The position numbers and the translations under genes were made by a program. Below the pieces are notes generated by a model, which did not search any database, was not told the DNA's origin, and worked only from the letters and a program-made list of their open reading frames with translations. 64,000 nucleotides of DNA from Fistulifera solaris (lineage: Eukaryota): contig AP026140.1 in the NCBI GenBank assembly GCA_030295235.1, positions 248,001 to 312,000 on the forward strand, given 5' to 3'. Below are positions 48,087-60,215 of this stretch, one piece after another (the first letter of the stretch is position 1; each line of letters opens with the position of its first letter).

Positions 48087-51000
48087 ATGAACTTTGAAAC
48101 GAGCTCTTCCGTGAGCAGTTCCGGTTTTTCATCATCGAGCTTTCGCAGCCAGTCAACAACAAGCCCATCTTTCAAGGACGCGAAACCGAAAACAACAGGA
48201 AGTGTCGGAATTATGCTCGTTGGAATAGGAGGATACAATGGAACTACTCTCTTGGCGGGTATTATGGCGCATCGCTTGAATATTACGTGGCGAGGACCGT
48301 TCGGAGATATACGGACGCCGAACTACAACGGTTGCATCACGCAATTGAACATGAAAGGCGGCGGTGTTGGGTTTAAAGATCGTGTCAAAGGACTCGCGGA
48401 TGCTACTTCTGCTGCCGTCGGCGGTTGGGTACGTCGTTTCTGCATTGCTGGCCTTGTGACTTTTTCTTGTCGGAACTCACGCAATTGTGTCAGGATATTC
48501 GACCCACCAAATGTGGAGATGCTCTTCTAGAACAACAAATATTAGACTACGATTTGGTGCGGCAAGTACAGGACGACCTTAACAAAATCAATATCTTCAA
48601 GGGGGCTTACGACAGTCGCTTCATCGGTCCTTCGCAACACGCCACCGCGACACACATTCTCACCGACTTTGAAGCCCCGAACGCATCGGAAACATTGAAA
48701 TGCATACGAGCTGATATTCGATACTTTAAATGGAAAAATGGTGTAGTAGGTCATACAACAGTCATCTGGAGTGCCAGCGTGGAGCCCAACAGTGAATTGG
48801 TGGGAACCTGGAAATCGGCCGATGAATTGCTCGCGGCGTTTGAACAAAGTGAATCCCAGCGCGGTGGACCCATTCCGCCCAGTCTTATCTACGCTACCGC
48901 CGCATTACTCGAAGGATGTTCTTTCATCAATGGTGGTTCGCAGAATACATTGGGTTGTCCTGGTCTTATGGATTTGGCACGGCAGCAACAGGGTGTTTAC
49001 TGCCTGGGAACAGATTTCAAAGCGGGACAGACAAAGTTCAAGACGGCGGCAGTGGAATATTTACGAACCATGGGATTGACTCCATTAGTCATAGCCAGTT
49101 CGAATCATTTAGGCAATAATGACATGCGGAACTTGGCTTCGGCCCCGGATACTTCGAAGGCTAAGCTGCGTGTCAAGCACGATATATTTGCTCCTTGGGA
49201 AGAAAACATTGATCATAAAGTCAGTATTATGTATACGGAGCTTATCAATGATGAAAAACGAGACTTTGTCGAATATACCAGCGCTGGATTTTTGGGGCAA
49301 CTTCACACCATGGTGACTTACACACGGGCGTCGGATAGCGTTTTGTGCGTTCCTTTGATTCTTGACGGTGCTGTCTGGTGTGATTTCTTTTCTCGGTGCA
49401 GTTGGCCTTACGAAAAAGTCGCCAAGGCATTAGCGTATCTCTTTAAGGTACCAGAAGGTGCAGCGACGGGTGCCGATCCCGGGTTTTTCGCGCAAATGCG
49501 AGAGCTCGACGCACAAGCTATGGCAGCAAACGAGAGTCGCGGTTCCGGTAAAGACGCTGGTAAGCGGGTTCGTATCATTACAAATGAAAAGGCAAAGACG
49601 GAGTGGGCGGTCCCTGAAGGAGGTGTTATTTGTGCCGGCCTAGCTTGCGTAGATATGCAACTAAACAACGCGACGGGGGGTGACGGCGGAGAAGGAATTG
49701 AGTCATTTCAAGGCGAAAAGAGTATTGGTGGTGGAAGCGTCAGTATGGCTTGCAAAACGTTGGCACGTCTTTGTCATGGTGAAGCACAGGATTCAGTGCA
49801 CGCTCAGACTCCGGCAGTACTTTCAAACATTGTTCCGATTTGCAAGATTGGTATGGATGGTACTGGAGACAAGTTGCTGAATTTGTTAGAGGCAACCGGT
49901 GAAACATGTCGGAATGTGAATGTGCGGCATTTGAAAAACAATCGCGACCCTGAAGGCAGAACTGCTTTGTCTGTCTTGCCTATCTATCGTGACGGTCGAC
50001 GCGGATGCTTCTTTGATGCGGCTTCAAACGTAACATTCTCAGCAAAGGAAATCATCTCGGACCTCAAGTCCTTGAGAAATGGAGAAAATGCGACATATGG
50101 CGCATTTCTCTTCGGCTATCCTCATTTACTTCCCGAACTTCAAGGTCAAGCACTGGCGCAAGTTTTAATTGAAGCTCGCAATGTTCTGGTGAACGGAGGA
50201 ATATGCGCTGTCGACTTAAACGGTGTACCTGAAGTCTTGTTCCAGCGAGACAAAAGAAGCGGTTTACGTGCTGATATGAAAAGTGACCCCGTTATCGGGG
50301 CCGCTTTGCAGCACACAGACATACTTCACATGAATGTAAGTTGGTATTTCTGGAATGCTAATGGCGTCCAACAAAAGAGAACCTGTACTCACGGTTTTCA
50401 ACTACAGGAAGAAGAATTGTGTCTGCTTACCGGTTGTATAATGACAGGAAATACCGTTCAGGACGATGGAACAATTCGACAAGCAGTCAAATTGTTTTTG
50501 GACGCAGGAGTAGGAATTGTTGTGGTGACCCGAGGCAAACTGGGAAGCGTCGTGTATTGCAATAGTAAACTGCGCCCCACTCTCCCGGCATCGTGGGAGG
50601 GTGGCTCTGTAGCCACACCTGCATCAATGTTGGCGAGAGGGACGATGATTAACTCCAACGGAGCTGGAGATGCGTTCACTGCAGGATTCTTGTTGGCGGC
50701 TATGCTCCGACACACTGGTGTCGATGTAAAGGACGACGCGGAAATGAGTAGTCCATCGTCGCGAGGAACTCCCACAAAAAGTCCGGCGAAAAAGCAACTA
50801 ACTCCGTATGCCTTATACATGCAAGAAAATTACCTTACTTTGAAAACGCAACTTCAAGGAGATAAGAAAGCAATATTTTCCAAATGCCATGAATTGTGGG
50901 AAAATGAATCGCCTGCTGTCAAGGCAATGTACGAACGTCGTGCCTCCGAGGAGAATAATACAGCGACCCAAACTGAGGATGTGAATTCTTCCTTTGACTC

Positions 51001-51184
51001 GAGCCAAATGATGACCGACTCAATCAAAGAACGCACTTTGTCACTGGAATCTGCCGCTACATTAGCCACTCTCATCGCCGCGCGCCACATTGATGTTTCC
51101 ACTCGAGATGACTTGCATCTGGATTTGAACACTTTACTCGAACATTGTCTGTTATTACCCAACGATGGGCTCGAAGAAATTTAA
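48087..51184 (+). CDS. Fusion protein: myo-inositol-1-phosphate synthase + PfkB-family kinase + HMG-box-like insert
   Basis: MIPS motifs [60 protein letters not shown]. PfkB motifs [26 protein letters not shown]-like [28 protein letters not shown]. Introns 48429-48493 and 50336-50407. Confidence 0.88.
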
Positions 51185-51250
51185 CGAATAACTTACGCTG
51201 CTAATTTATCGACTTTCTACTGCCGCAATTTGTTCTTTCTAAAATTAGCA

Positions 51251-52382
51251 CTACAATCCCGCAAACGGATCGTCGTCTTGTTGTGATTGGGAAATACTCG
51301 TACTGGCCGTATTACCGACAAATGGGTCAAATCCGCTTTGAAATGCAGCTGTCGGTGCGGCAGTCACGGCGAATGGATCATGATAAGTGGCGGATGGAAC
51401 GGGCGCTGCTGCTGGAGCTGTCGTAAAATCCAGCAAATCATTGGATGCAAATGGATCGGATGATGGTTGGTGTGCTGGTGGGTAATTGGCTGGAGGTGCC
51501 ACATACGTGGGTGGAGGTGCCTGATACACCGGCGGTGGTGGCGGCGCCGAATAGGCAGTGGGTGCAGGATTCGAGTAAACAGATGGCGGTTGTGGTGGTG
51601 GATAATTGCTGGAGGTGGACGATGGTGCCGTACTCGCCCACGGCATACCATTCGATGGCGGTTGCGGCGATATTCGAGCCGGTTCGGTTCCCGCCGCCCC
51701 CAGGGAGGCACATCCGGGTTAACCGGTCCTCCTCCACTTTTTTCTTCTGCAACACTCTCCCCACTCAATTCCGCCAATTCCTTTTCTTTGTCGGCCCGTT
51801 TTCGTCGTATCTTTTCCACATCCCTTCGACAAATATCATAAAAGGATCGAATTTCTCGATCCGTCGGCAACCATTGTTGCGTATCTTCCAATTTTCCAGA
51901 TCCGCATACATTTTGACGCCAAATTCTTGTTTGTGTTTCGTAATTTGTCCCTGCACCATACTGAGTTCGGTGGTCAAGGCGACTTCTTTGCCGGCGTAGG
52001 CGGTGGTTTTCCCCGCATTGGCCAATTTTTCTTGCCAATTGGTGGCCGGTGCACACGAAGCGGCTTTTTCGACGCCCGTCAATTGGACTTTTTGTTTCAA
52101 TTTGCCAACTTTAATTTCGAGAGCGGCAATTTCCCGTTGGGCCGCAATGAAATGCGGTTGAATCGATGCCGTCAACAAATCGTCGGAACTGTAAAAACTG
52201 TGATGTTTCGCCAGCGGTGCGACATAATCGTACAATTGTACACCGAACGCGTATTGTCTATTGGCAAGCTCGCGATCAATGAACATAAGATCGGCTTTGC
52301 ATTTGGCTTGCATCGATGCTTGACCGGCGACTTGTCCGACGGCCGCGGCGCCTTTGATGACCGTCGACCAAAGAACGTCCAT
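51251..52382 (-). CDS. Hypothetical coiled-coil protein with duplicated FGVxxY motif and Pro-rich, DPF-containing tail
   Basis: ORFs 51765-52409 and 51251-51646 linked by frameshifts; FGVQLYD / FGVKMYAD internal repeat; several DPF motifs. Confidence 0.55.
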
Positions 52383-53179
52383 TCTTTGTAGAGTGCTGCT
52401 CGTAATCAAGGGTTACAGATGCAGCAATGCATGCAAAGCAATAAGAACGCGTGCTTCTGTTGAAAGCTAATACAGAATGCTTTGGTTGTTTGTTTCGTTT
52501 TGCGCTTTTGAACAAGAATCAAAACGCACCGCATTATTGCAAATAATTACGTGGTGTTTTTCGCCTTTAGCATTCTGTGTGGGTGTTTGTGTTGCATTAC
52601 ATGTTTTGGGAATACGGCATTCGGTACCCGGTTACTATAGCTCCTAATGTATGTTGTCCGGATTTCACCACGACTGCATTTCAGTCATGAATCAGAATGG
52701 GTCCTAAATGGCTACTAGAATTTACTATGCTTACGTCCTATCCCTACAAGAGAACCGAATCCCTAATACAAGTTAGAGAAACACAACTGACCCAATGGAC
52801 AAAATGGATGAAATCCACCGAACACCGAACCGCTGCCAGGTCAAACATGTGAATCATGTCCTATGTGCCCGACATTGATTGCAGCTCCATTCATTCGGCA
52901 AAATGATAAACTACCACTGCTTGAAAAATACAAACAATAAGATGTCACCGTTCTTTGACAGGCGCAGCATCCATCTTCTGTCCATCTTCTGGTCCAAAAG
53001 CTGAAAGGATGGTGGTGGTTCCTAGTTACTATAGGTAAAAGTGTAGATTACTTTTTTCACGACTGCCGCGTATTTCAGTCGTGAGACGCAAGAACGCGCG
53101 ACGACAACGAGAGAAATAAATGCGACGACCCTTTTGCGCATAGCCAAAAATCGAACGAATATCGGCGTAAGAAGAAACA

Positions 53180-54725
53180 ATGAGTTTACTTTTCGCAATA
53201 GCGGCCTTTGTGACGACTACCGTCGTTGCGGCGGCCCCGTACACGGCGTACCCGGTCTATCCGCCCTACTGTTCGACTCCGGAACAAATGCAACAACGTG
53301 GGGTTCCTCCCTTACAGCAAGGTAGTAGTTACGGTGCCTCACAGTTGCGGCATGTCACCGCGGTCATTCGACACGGGGCACGGACTCCGTGGGCCGGCAA
53401 TTTGCCCTGTTGGGCCGATTTTGATCCACAACCGTGGAATTGTGAATTGCAAACGACCATCACACCGGAAGTGTCGGCGGCGTGGTTTCGCAAACAATAC
53501 GATGCTCTGCAATCTCCCGAATATAATTTGACCAACGAGTTAATCGGAGGAACCTGTCAATTGGGACAATTGTTGGAACTGGGAGTCGTGCAAGAACTCT
53601 GGAATGGAGAACAGTTGCGGGATGCCTACTTTGATACTGCTTCTCCCAACATGCTGCTCAGCCCCAACAAGCCGTGGGAATCTTTGTCTTATCGAGCCGA
53701 CGATGAACAACGGACACTCATGTCGGGACGCGTCCTCTTGAAGGGATTGTTTGGGAATGAAGTGACAGCACCATTAACAATTCCGATGCATACGGCCGAT
53801 TATGAACGAGACGTCGTGGGGGAAAATGAAAATCTGTGTCCGCGATTGACGCAATTGCGGGAATTGTTTTATGGGACGGACGAATTCCGTCAATTCAATG
53901 CATCGGCCGAAGCACAACAATTGCGTGACTTTCAACGGCGTCAACTGCATACGGACCACGATCTGGAATTGGATTGTTTCATGACGACCATTTGTACCGA
54001 TCGTACCTTACCCGATGCCATTAACGATTATGCCGGAGAAGAGCAAACGGAAAGTATGTTTTTGCGTCTCGTCAACTTTTATATACGACAATATACCAGT
54101 TTTGCCATGGCCAATGATGCGGAATACAGCAAGTTGGCGATGGGTCCTTTAATGGGCGGAAATTATGGACAACGTCGATCGTGTCATTGCGGAAAATGGC
54201 ACAGCCTACCCACGCTTGGCGCTGTTCAGTGGACATGATACGACCATTATTGGTCTCCTGGCGAGTCTATCAAAAGTCTACGATGGCTCGTGGCCTCCGT
54301 ACGCCAGTAAATTGCTGTTGGAAATTCACGAAATTGATCTGGACGGTCGAAAAGATAAAGCATTGTACACGACGGGGTATGGATTTCGATTGATTTACAA
54401 TGGTCAAGTGTTGACCGACCAAGTGGAAGGATGTCCCAAAGACACTCACATTTGTGATGTTTCTGTCCTGAAACGTCATTTGAATTTCCCGTTACGGGAT
54501 CGCGATTGCTCACTATTGGATATTCCGACAACGACGACCGCCTCCGGTGTCGCGCAAGTCTTTGATTTGTTCTTGTCACCCTCGGGCTTTGGCGTCTTTG
54601 TGGTGGTTGTACTGAGTAGTATGGCCGTGGGCAGTGTCCTCATGTTTGTGTTGTTATCGAAACTGCAACCCCAATTGATTCATCGAAGATCGTACGGAGC
54701 AGCCTCTCAAGAGAATCCGGAATGA
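53180..54725 (+). CDS. Histidine acid phosphatase (branch 2), signal peptide plus C-terminal TM anchor
   Basis: RHGARTP, GQL..LG, RTLMS, SGHDTT, PPYAS; frameshift ~54155. Confidence 0.9.
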
Positions 54726-54875
54726 ATAGTGGCGTGTGCGGGGTATGATTTTGCCTTGTAAGCATTTCGAGATCACGTTACAACAATAAACAATACATAG
54801 TTTGTTTTCAAAGACTCTGATGTTCATTTCTCCATAATTAGTTAATAGTTATTCAAAAACGACAACACCATGAAT

Positions 54876-55519
54876 TCATCGCCGCGCAAATTCGAGTTCC
54901 TCTTCGTCGTCCAACAATCCCCGTCGTTCCGCGGCGGGCGTTACATCGGGCGGTGGAGCATTCTTGTTGAATCGAGACGCCAGCATCCGGAATTGCGACG
55001 ACACATTTTCACCAAATTCATTCAAATGTTTCTGGACGGTTTGCAAATTTTGTTGCAAGACGGGTCCGATGGGAGGTGCTGCCGTTCGTTGTTGTGTAGT
55101 AGCGGGGGTTCTGCGTGGCGCCGGACGCTCTCGTTGCTGATTTTCTTCCTGTTGCAACCGCCGCGCCAAGGCTTCATCACTTTCGGTATCGGCCGGATTG
55201 TAACCGGGAATGCGCAAAAGTCGTCCGGCAACACCGTGGGGGTACCGCGTTGGCTGTTCGTACTCTCGGTGTGTGCCAATTGTCGCGCCAATTCCGCATC
55301 CATGCGGGTCGTCGAATCGTCCGGATTGATTCCGGCTTGCAACTGTTCCATGAGTTGCTGCGGATTTTGATCCATGTGCCGCAAAATAAAATCGACCGTA
55401 TTTTCCATATGACCTTTTTGAAAGCGCAAGACGGCATCGAGGGATTCCCGGGTCCATGACGACGATTCGGAGAACATGGATTCGAGCGTCGACAATGCTT
55501 CTTCGTACGAGAGTGCCAT
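54876..55519 (-). CDS. CUE/ubiquitin-binding domain protein
   Basis: ALSTLESMF..LDAVLRFQKGHMENTVDFIL (CUE-like); DAELARQL and DEALARRLQ motifs; frameshift ~55205. Confidence 0.7.
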
Positions 55520-56052
55520 CTTATTATAATGATGTTGTTTCTTCTCGTGCTCGTCAAAAGAGAGACCTTTCTCTTCACAGTTCTTTATATCTGCGAGATG
55601 CTTTCGTTGCCTCGGATGTTCCGGAGAAGGTTGAATGATATTATTTGCACCCTTTGATGATGATTCGTGCAGAATGAAACACGCAAAATGCGAAAAAGAT
55701 CGCTGCTGCGGTTTCGACCGCGCCTTCGTTTATTGCCGCACGTCATCACGAACGTCTCTTTTTCGGTGGTTCTGTAGAAAACGTAATAACAAATGAGACA
55801 ACAGTAAGTAACCGAATGGTAGTACCGGAACGATTTCTTAGCATTCTTGTTTCATCTTTCGAGGCCGTCTGACTGTCGCCCGATGAGAATGATCCTCCGC
55901 CGTTTTTGCACGGGACGCGCCTCCATCGCAATGAAAACGCCAAATAACAAAAAGATGCATTCATTTATTGTTGCTATCGAACTGCATGAAAAAGCGAATT
56001 ACAAAGACGACTTTGAACACAGTTCCACACTCTTTGACACTCAATAAACGAC

Positions 56053-58773
56053 ATGTTGCTCTTCTGGCTTTCTTTACTAGCAATATTATACACTGCGTCG
56101 GCCGACAACGCTCAGTGCGAGCAATTGCCATCGACCTTGACGTATACACAAGAAGAAGCTCCCCGTGATTTATCCGGATTGGTGCGTCAAAGAATAGACC
56201 CCTTACTATTATTGGTGCTATACTATACTCACATTCATTCTTTCTGTCTCGACAGTTACCTGTTGTTGTGCAACGCATCAATCAAGTATTGGATGGTGTT
56301 GTCGATGTCGAAGTCGAATGGACGGGAGCCGATTTGCACGGCAAAGTCGGAGAGCATATGGTACAAACCAAAGTCACGCGTCATTTGACACAAGCATTAG
56401 TGACACAATGTTTTCAAGTACCCTTTCGGATTTTGGATACGAACGAATGTGTGTTGCCGGAAGGGCATTTTATGAAGCATCACTGTCATGCTTCGGCGAT
56501 TTGTATCAATACCATTGGTTCGTACGAATGTTTGTGTCCCACCGAAGGTTGGTCGGAAGAAGGTATGACAGTCGAAGAACCGGCCGTCTTGATCGAACTC
56601 ATCGCGTCTCGCACCAATCCTTGGGAATTGTCCTTTGCCACCAGTCGGTTAACCTCGTGTCCGTCCTTACCGTCGACGCACAAATGCTGTCCCGAAAACG
56701 ATCACGCGTGTCGTGCCGCCTTTCGATGTCCCGAAGATCCTTGTCTGACTCGGAATGATTGTGTCGCGACGGCCCAATGCGAACGAGCGGCATCGCCCTT
56801 GCAACAACCCAATTATACGTGTCGGTGTCCGGCCGGGTTGATGGGAAACGGACACCAATGTAAGGACCACGATGAACCGCCCATCCCGAAAGTCATGTAC
56901 GATGGTGTCACTCCGACGGAAGAAACGGTCCGCAACAACTATTATTGTGATTGCACCAAACCCATCATGGATGCGTGTTCGGGTTATCCGCCGTGTGCGG
57001 GCAAACACGAAGTTTGTTTGGTGAATGCCGAGAATGCACCGTATTGCGGATGCAAACCAGGATATGTGTGGCACGAAACGTACGGATGCGTCGACAAGAG
57101 TCCGCCGGTCTTGCGACTCAAACACGATGAAAGTGGTACCATGAAATTGCGTCAAGGCGATGTCTATCACGAATACGCCGTCGAAATTCAAGACGAGAAT
57201 GCGGAAGAATACATGCGCTCACTCAAAATCGCTTACAGTCGTCCCATTCCGCACGGCTGTTTCACGCAAATGGGAAACTTTCACGTCAATTACACGATTG
57301 CGACTCCGTGGACGACCCCGCCCTTTGTGCAAGTGACCCGACACGTTGTCATTGACGATATTGATGAATGTTCCCTGGATCCCGCGAAATACGAAACGAC
57401 GTGTCCTTCGTTGATTCCGCGCTGTGATGTGGCGGCGGGAGCGAAATGCGTCAATACCGTAGGGAGTTACACGTGCCAATGTCCGCCCCACACGGAAGGA
57501 GATGGATTTTTGAAAGGCGTATCGTTCGAATCGTCTTCTCCACCCGGGTTTCAAGGAGGCACGGGTTGTAAAGATACCTCCCAACCGGTCATTCAGTTAC
57601 AAGGACCGAATCCCAAAGTGTTTTCGGTGTGCGCGTGCCAGGGTATTACGGGTGTTATCCAGGACAAGGCGAAGGACAATAAATACCCGGATTTACGGCA
57701 ATCGCAACAAGGACACTACCATCAAGATATCAAGGTGCGTTCACTAAGAACATTTGTTGCGCGGTCACAAATTTTCTTTTGTTCACTCACAAATTGCTTT
57801 TTCAGGAGCTTGTCCGAAAGACAGCCGGTGCGGAGCTGTGTGCCACGCCCACCCATAAAAATCCCAAACCAACGGATTGCGCTCAAGCGTACGATGACAC
57901 ATACAAAGGACGTGTGAATCTTTCGGACAAAGTACGAATCGGAGAACCTGTTCAGAAATCCGCTTTGCATTGGGTGGTCTCCTATGATGTAACGGACGAA
58001 GCAGGAAACGCTGCGGCTACTGTATGGAGAGATATCATGGTCGAGGAAGTTGACTTGGCAAACTTTCAGCGAGACACCGATGTTGATGCTTTAGTCCAGA
58101 AGGCTTTGCAGGAAAAGAGAAAGAGCATGAATTAGAGATGCGCAGAAAAATCGCAAAGGCTGTTGAAGAAGATCGTCAGAAGAGAGCCGGGAAAGCCACC
58201 TCGTCATGTCCCGATTGCCCGAAATGTGATTGCGCTTCAGGGTCAGTGGACGTTTCCAACTGCGAAAGCTATTGCAAAAATAAAATGCAAACATGCACTT
58301 TAAGTCACTATCAAGATTCAGCTTTGATGAAAGTCATGATGTGGCTGGAAGAATATGTACCTTGGCAAATTGTACCATTGCTTGTGACCTCCGTCGTTGT
58401 GATCTTCGGTGCAACTCTGCTGCGATGGATGATTACTGTTTTGCTGAGACCCTCCACAAGGCCACGAACATACATCGCGTCTGACGAGCTGGAACGCCAG
58501 CTGCAAAGTGCTGCTACAATACTGACGTCCCCCAACGGCAATATTGTAAACGGAAACGGCTATCATCCACCACAGCAACAACAACAGCTTTCGCAGCCAC
58601 AGGCCCCATTCTTCAGCCCTGGGTTCGGATCGCCGCCAACCGAGGGCAGGGTTGCGGATGTTCCTCGATCATCTGGCTACGATGATATTTATGCTTCACC
58701 GCCTCTCATAACCCCACGAAAAGACAGACTCCCGGCCTTAGTCGATAGAATTTGCCTCGTTGATGAGAATTGA
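56053..58773 (+). CDS. Type I membrane protein with calcium-binding EGF-like repeats and Ig/HYR-like spacers
   Basis: Signal peptide; DTNEC..CINTIGSYECLC and DIDEC..CVNTVGSYTCQC; YDVTDEAGNAA; TM WQIVPLLVTSVVVIFGATLL; introns ~56182-56255 and ~57735-57805. Confidence 0.8.
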
Positions 58774-58893
58774 ATGATGCATCTATCTCCCTTGCTTTAC
58801 CGCTACTCTAGTGTTTTGTAGAATAACGCGTGATAATAATGTTTAGCGTACCCAAGAAATTATAAGCCAGCACGCTTAAGTGCCCAGTATATT

Positions 58894-59915
58894 TTACATT
58901 GGAGGCGAACCAGGGGCACCACCCGTAATGGAAGAAATGTCGATCCCGGCCGATTGCCAAATTCGAACCATCGCTGCCGCAGCATACTCGCCAACTAAAG
59001 GATCTCCCTCATGATCGCTCATGGCACATTGCATTTTCGCGTAACCTTCTCCTCCAGAACCGAATCCCAGTTCTTCGACCAAGCTCGGGCTTCCGCCTAG
59101 GTATACTTGATTAATAATGACATTTTGTAGAACCTGGTGTTTCAGTTGCAACTCAATTTCCGGATCATCGTCTGCGAAAACAATAACAACAGTATGAGTG
59201 CGCTGAATCGTAAGTCCATTCAAACAAAAGCAGGAGTGCACTCACGACTAATTTTGGAGGACTGCGTTTGAATTTCCAACAAGACACTGGGTTCCATCAT
59301 CTTGGATGCCACTTTATGCATATGATTCCGAGCATCCACAATGCCGAGTGTAGGAATGTCTACCACATCCAAGGAAAACGCGGTGGCGACCATTTCTCTC
59401 CACGTATCTCTCCGAATGTCCGTGAGCACTTTTTGCACGTCGGGATCCGCCTTTTGCAAACACGATTGTAAATCTTGTGCATATTTCGAGAGTCCCTGCT
59501 CGTTTGCCGTGTATCCAATGGACCCAATGACATGCACTTGTGTCACTGAGAAAAATATAATTGAGTGAAATTGCGTATTTCTGCATGTTCTAATGCGCCA
59601 TTATTACTTACTCAAAAACACTTCCATCATCTTTTGCCATTTGTGTAGAACCGGTTGCTCCGATTGGGCCAAATGTTCGAGACGTTGTCGGGACAGACCG
59701 TAGCGCATATAAAACTGTGTAGTATCCGCAATGCCTTCGGCGATTTCGATGGTAATTTCTTTCGGAGATTGTGGTTTAAAATCGTCATCGTCATCCAACG
59801 ACGACGACAGGAACGCCCGGTCGAGTTTATAACAAGCGATGCGTGGCTGCCGCAGCAGCTGCGGCGTTATTTTGGCGCCAAACTGCGTAGAGACTTTCTT
59901 CGCTATAGAAAACAT
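58894..59915 (-). CDS. Hypothetical protein with mitochondrial-type presequence (3 exons)
   Basis: Three consecutive minus-strand ORFs separated by GT-AG introns; basic N-terminus MFSIAKKVST. Confidence 0.6.
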
Positions 59916-60215
59916 GTTTTTAAGAGAGTTGTAATAGTCACAATAGCAGGAGGAATGAACGGTATAATATGCGCAGTTTGTAAAAAAGATCGAAAAGCGA
60001 AAATAAATCTTGCCGCATCGGAACGGTACACAATGATACTCTTGTGATCTAGTTCGGTAAACAGTCTTTGACAAAAAGTAGAAGGCGCATTCAAGAAACA
60101 GCAAACGAGTGGAGAAGATTTTGCAGCCTCACATTTTGGATTGCGTTCTGTTTCTCTTCAAAGATGTCAGAATTTATTGAAAGAACTTCACAAAGAAATC
60201 GCTTAAACAATAACA

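Noticed and set aside
286..58140. Pseudogenes or programmed frameshifting suggested by many split ORFs
   Set aside because: Single-base shifts occur mostly at homopolymers and affect essential genes (RPS3A, PheRS, COG8), which is best explained by uncorrected long-read errors; short-read polishing would settle it.
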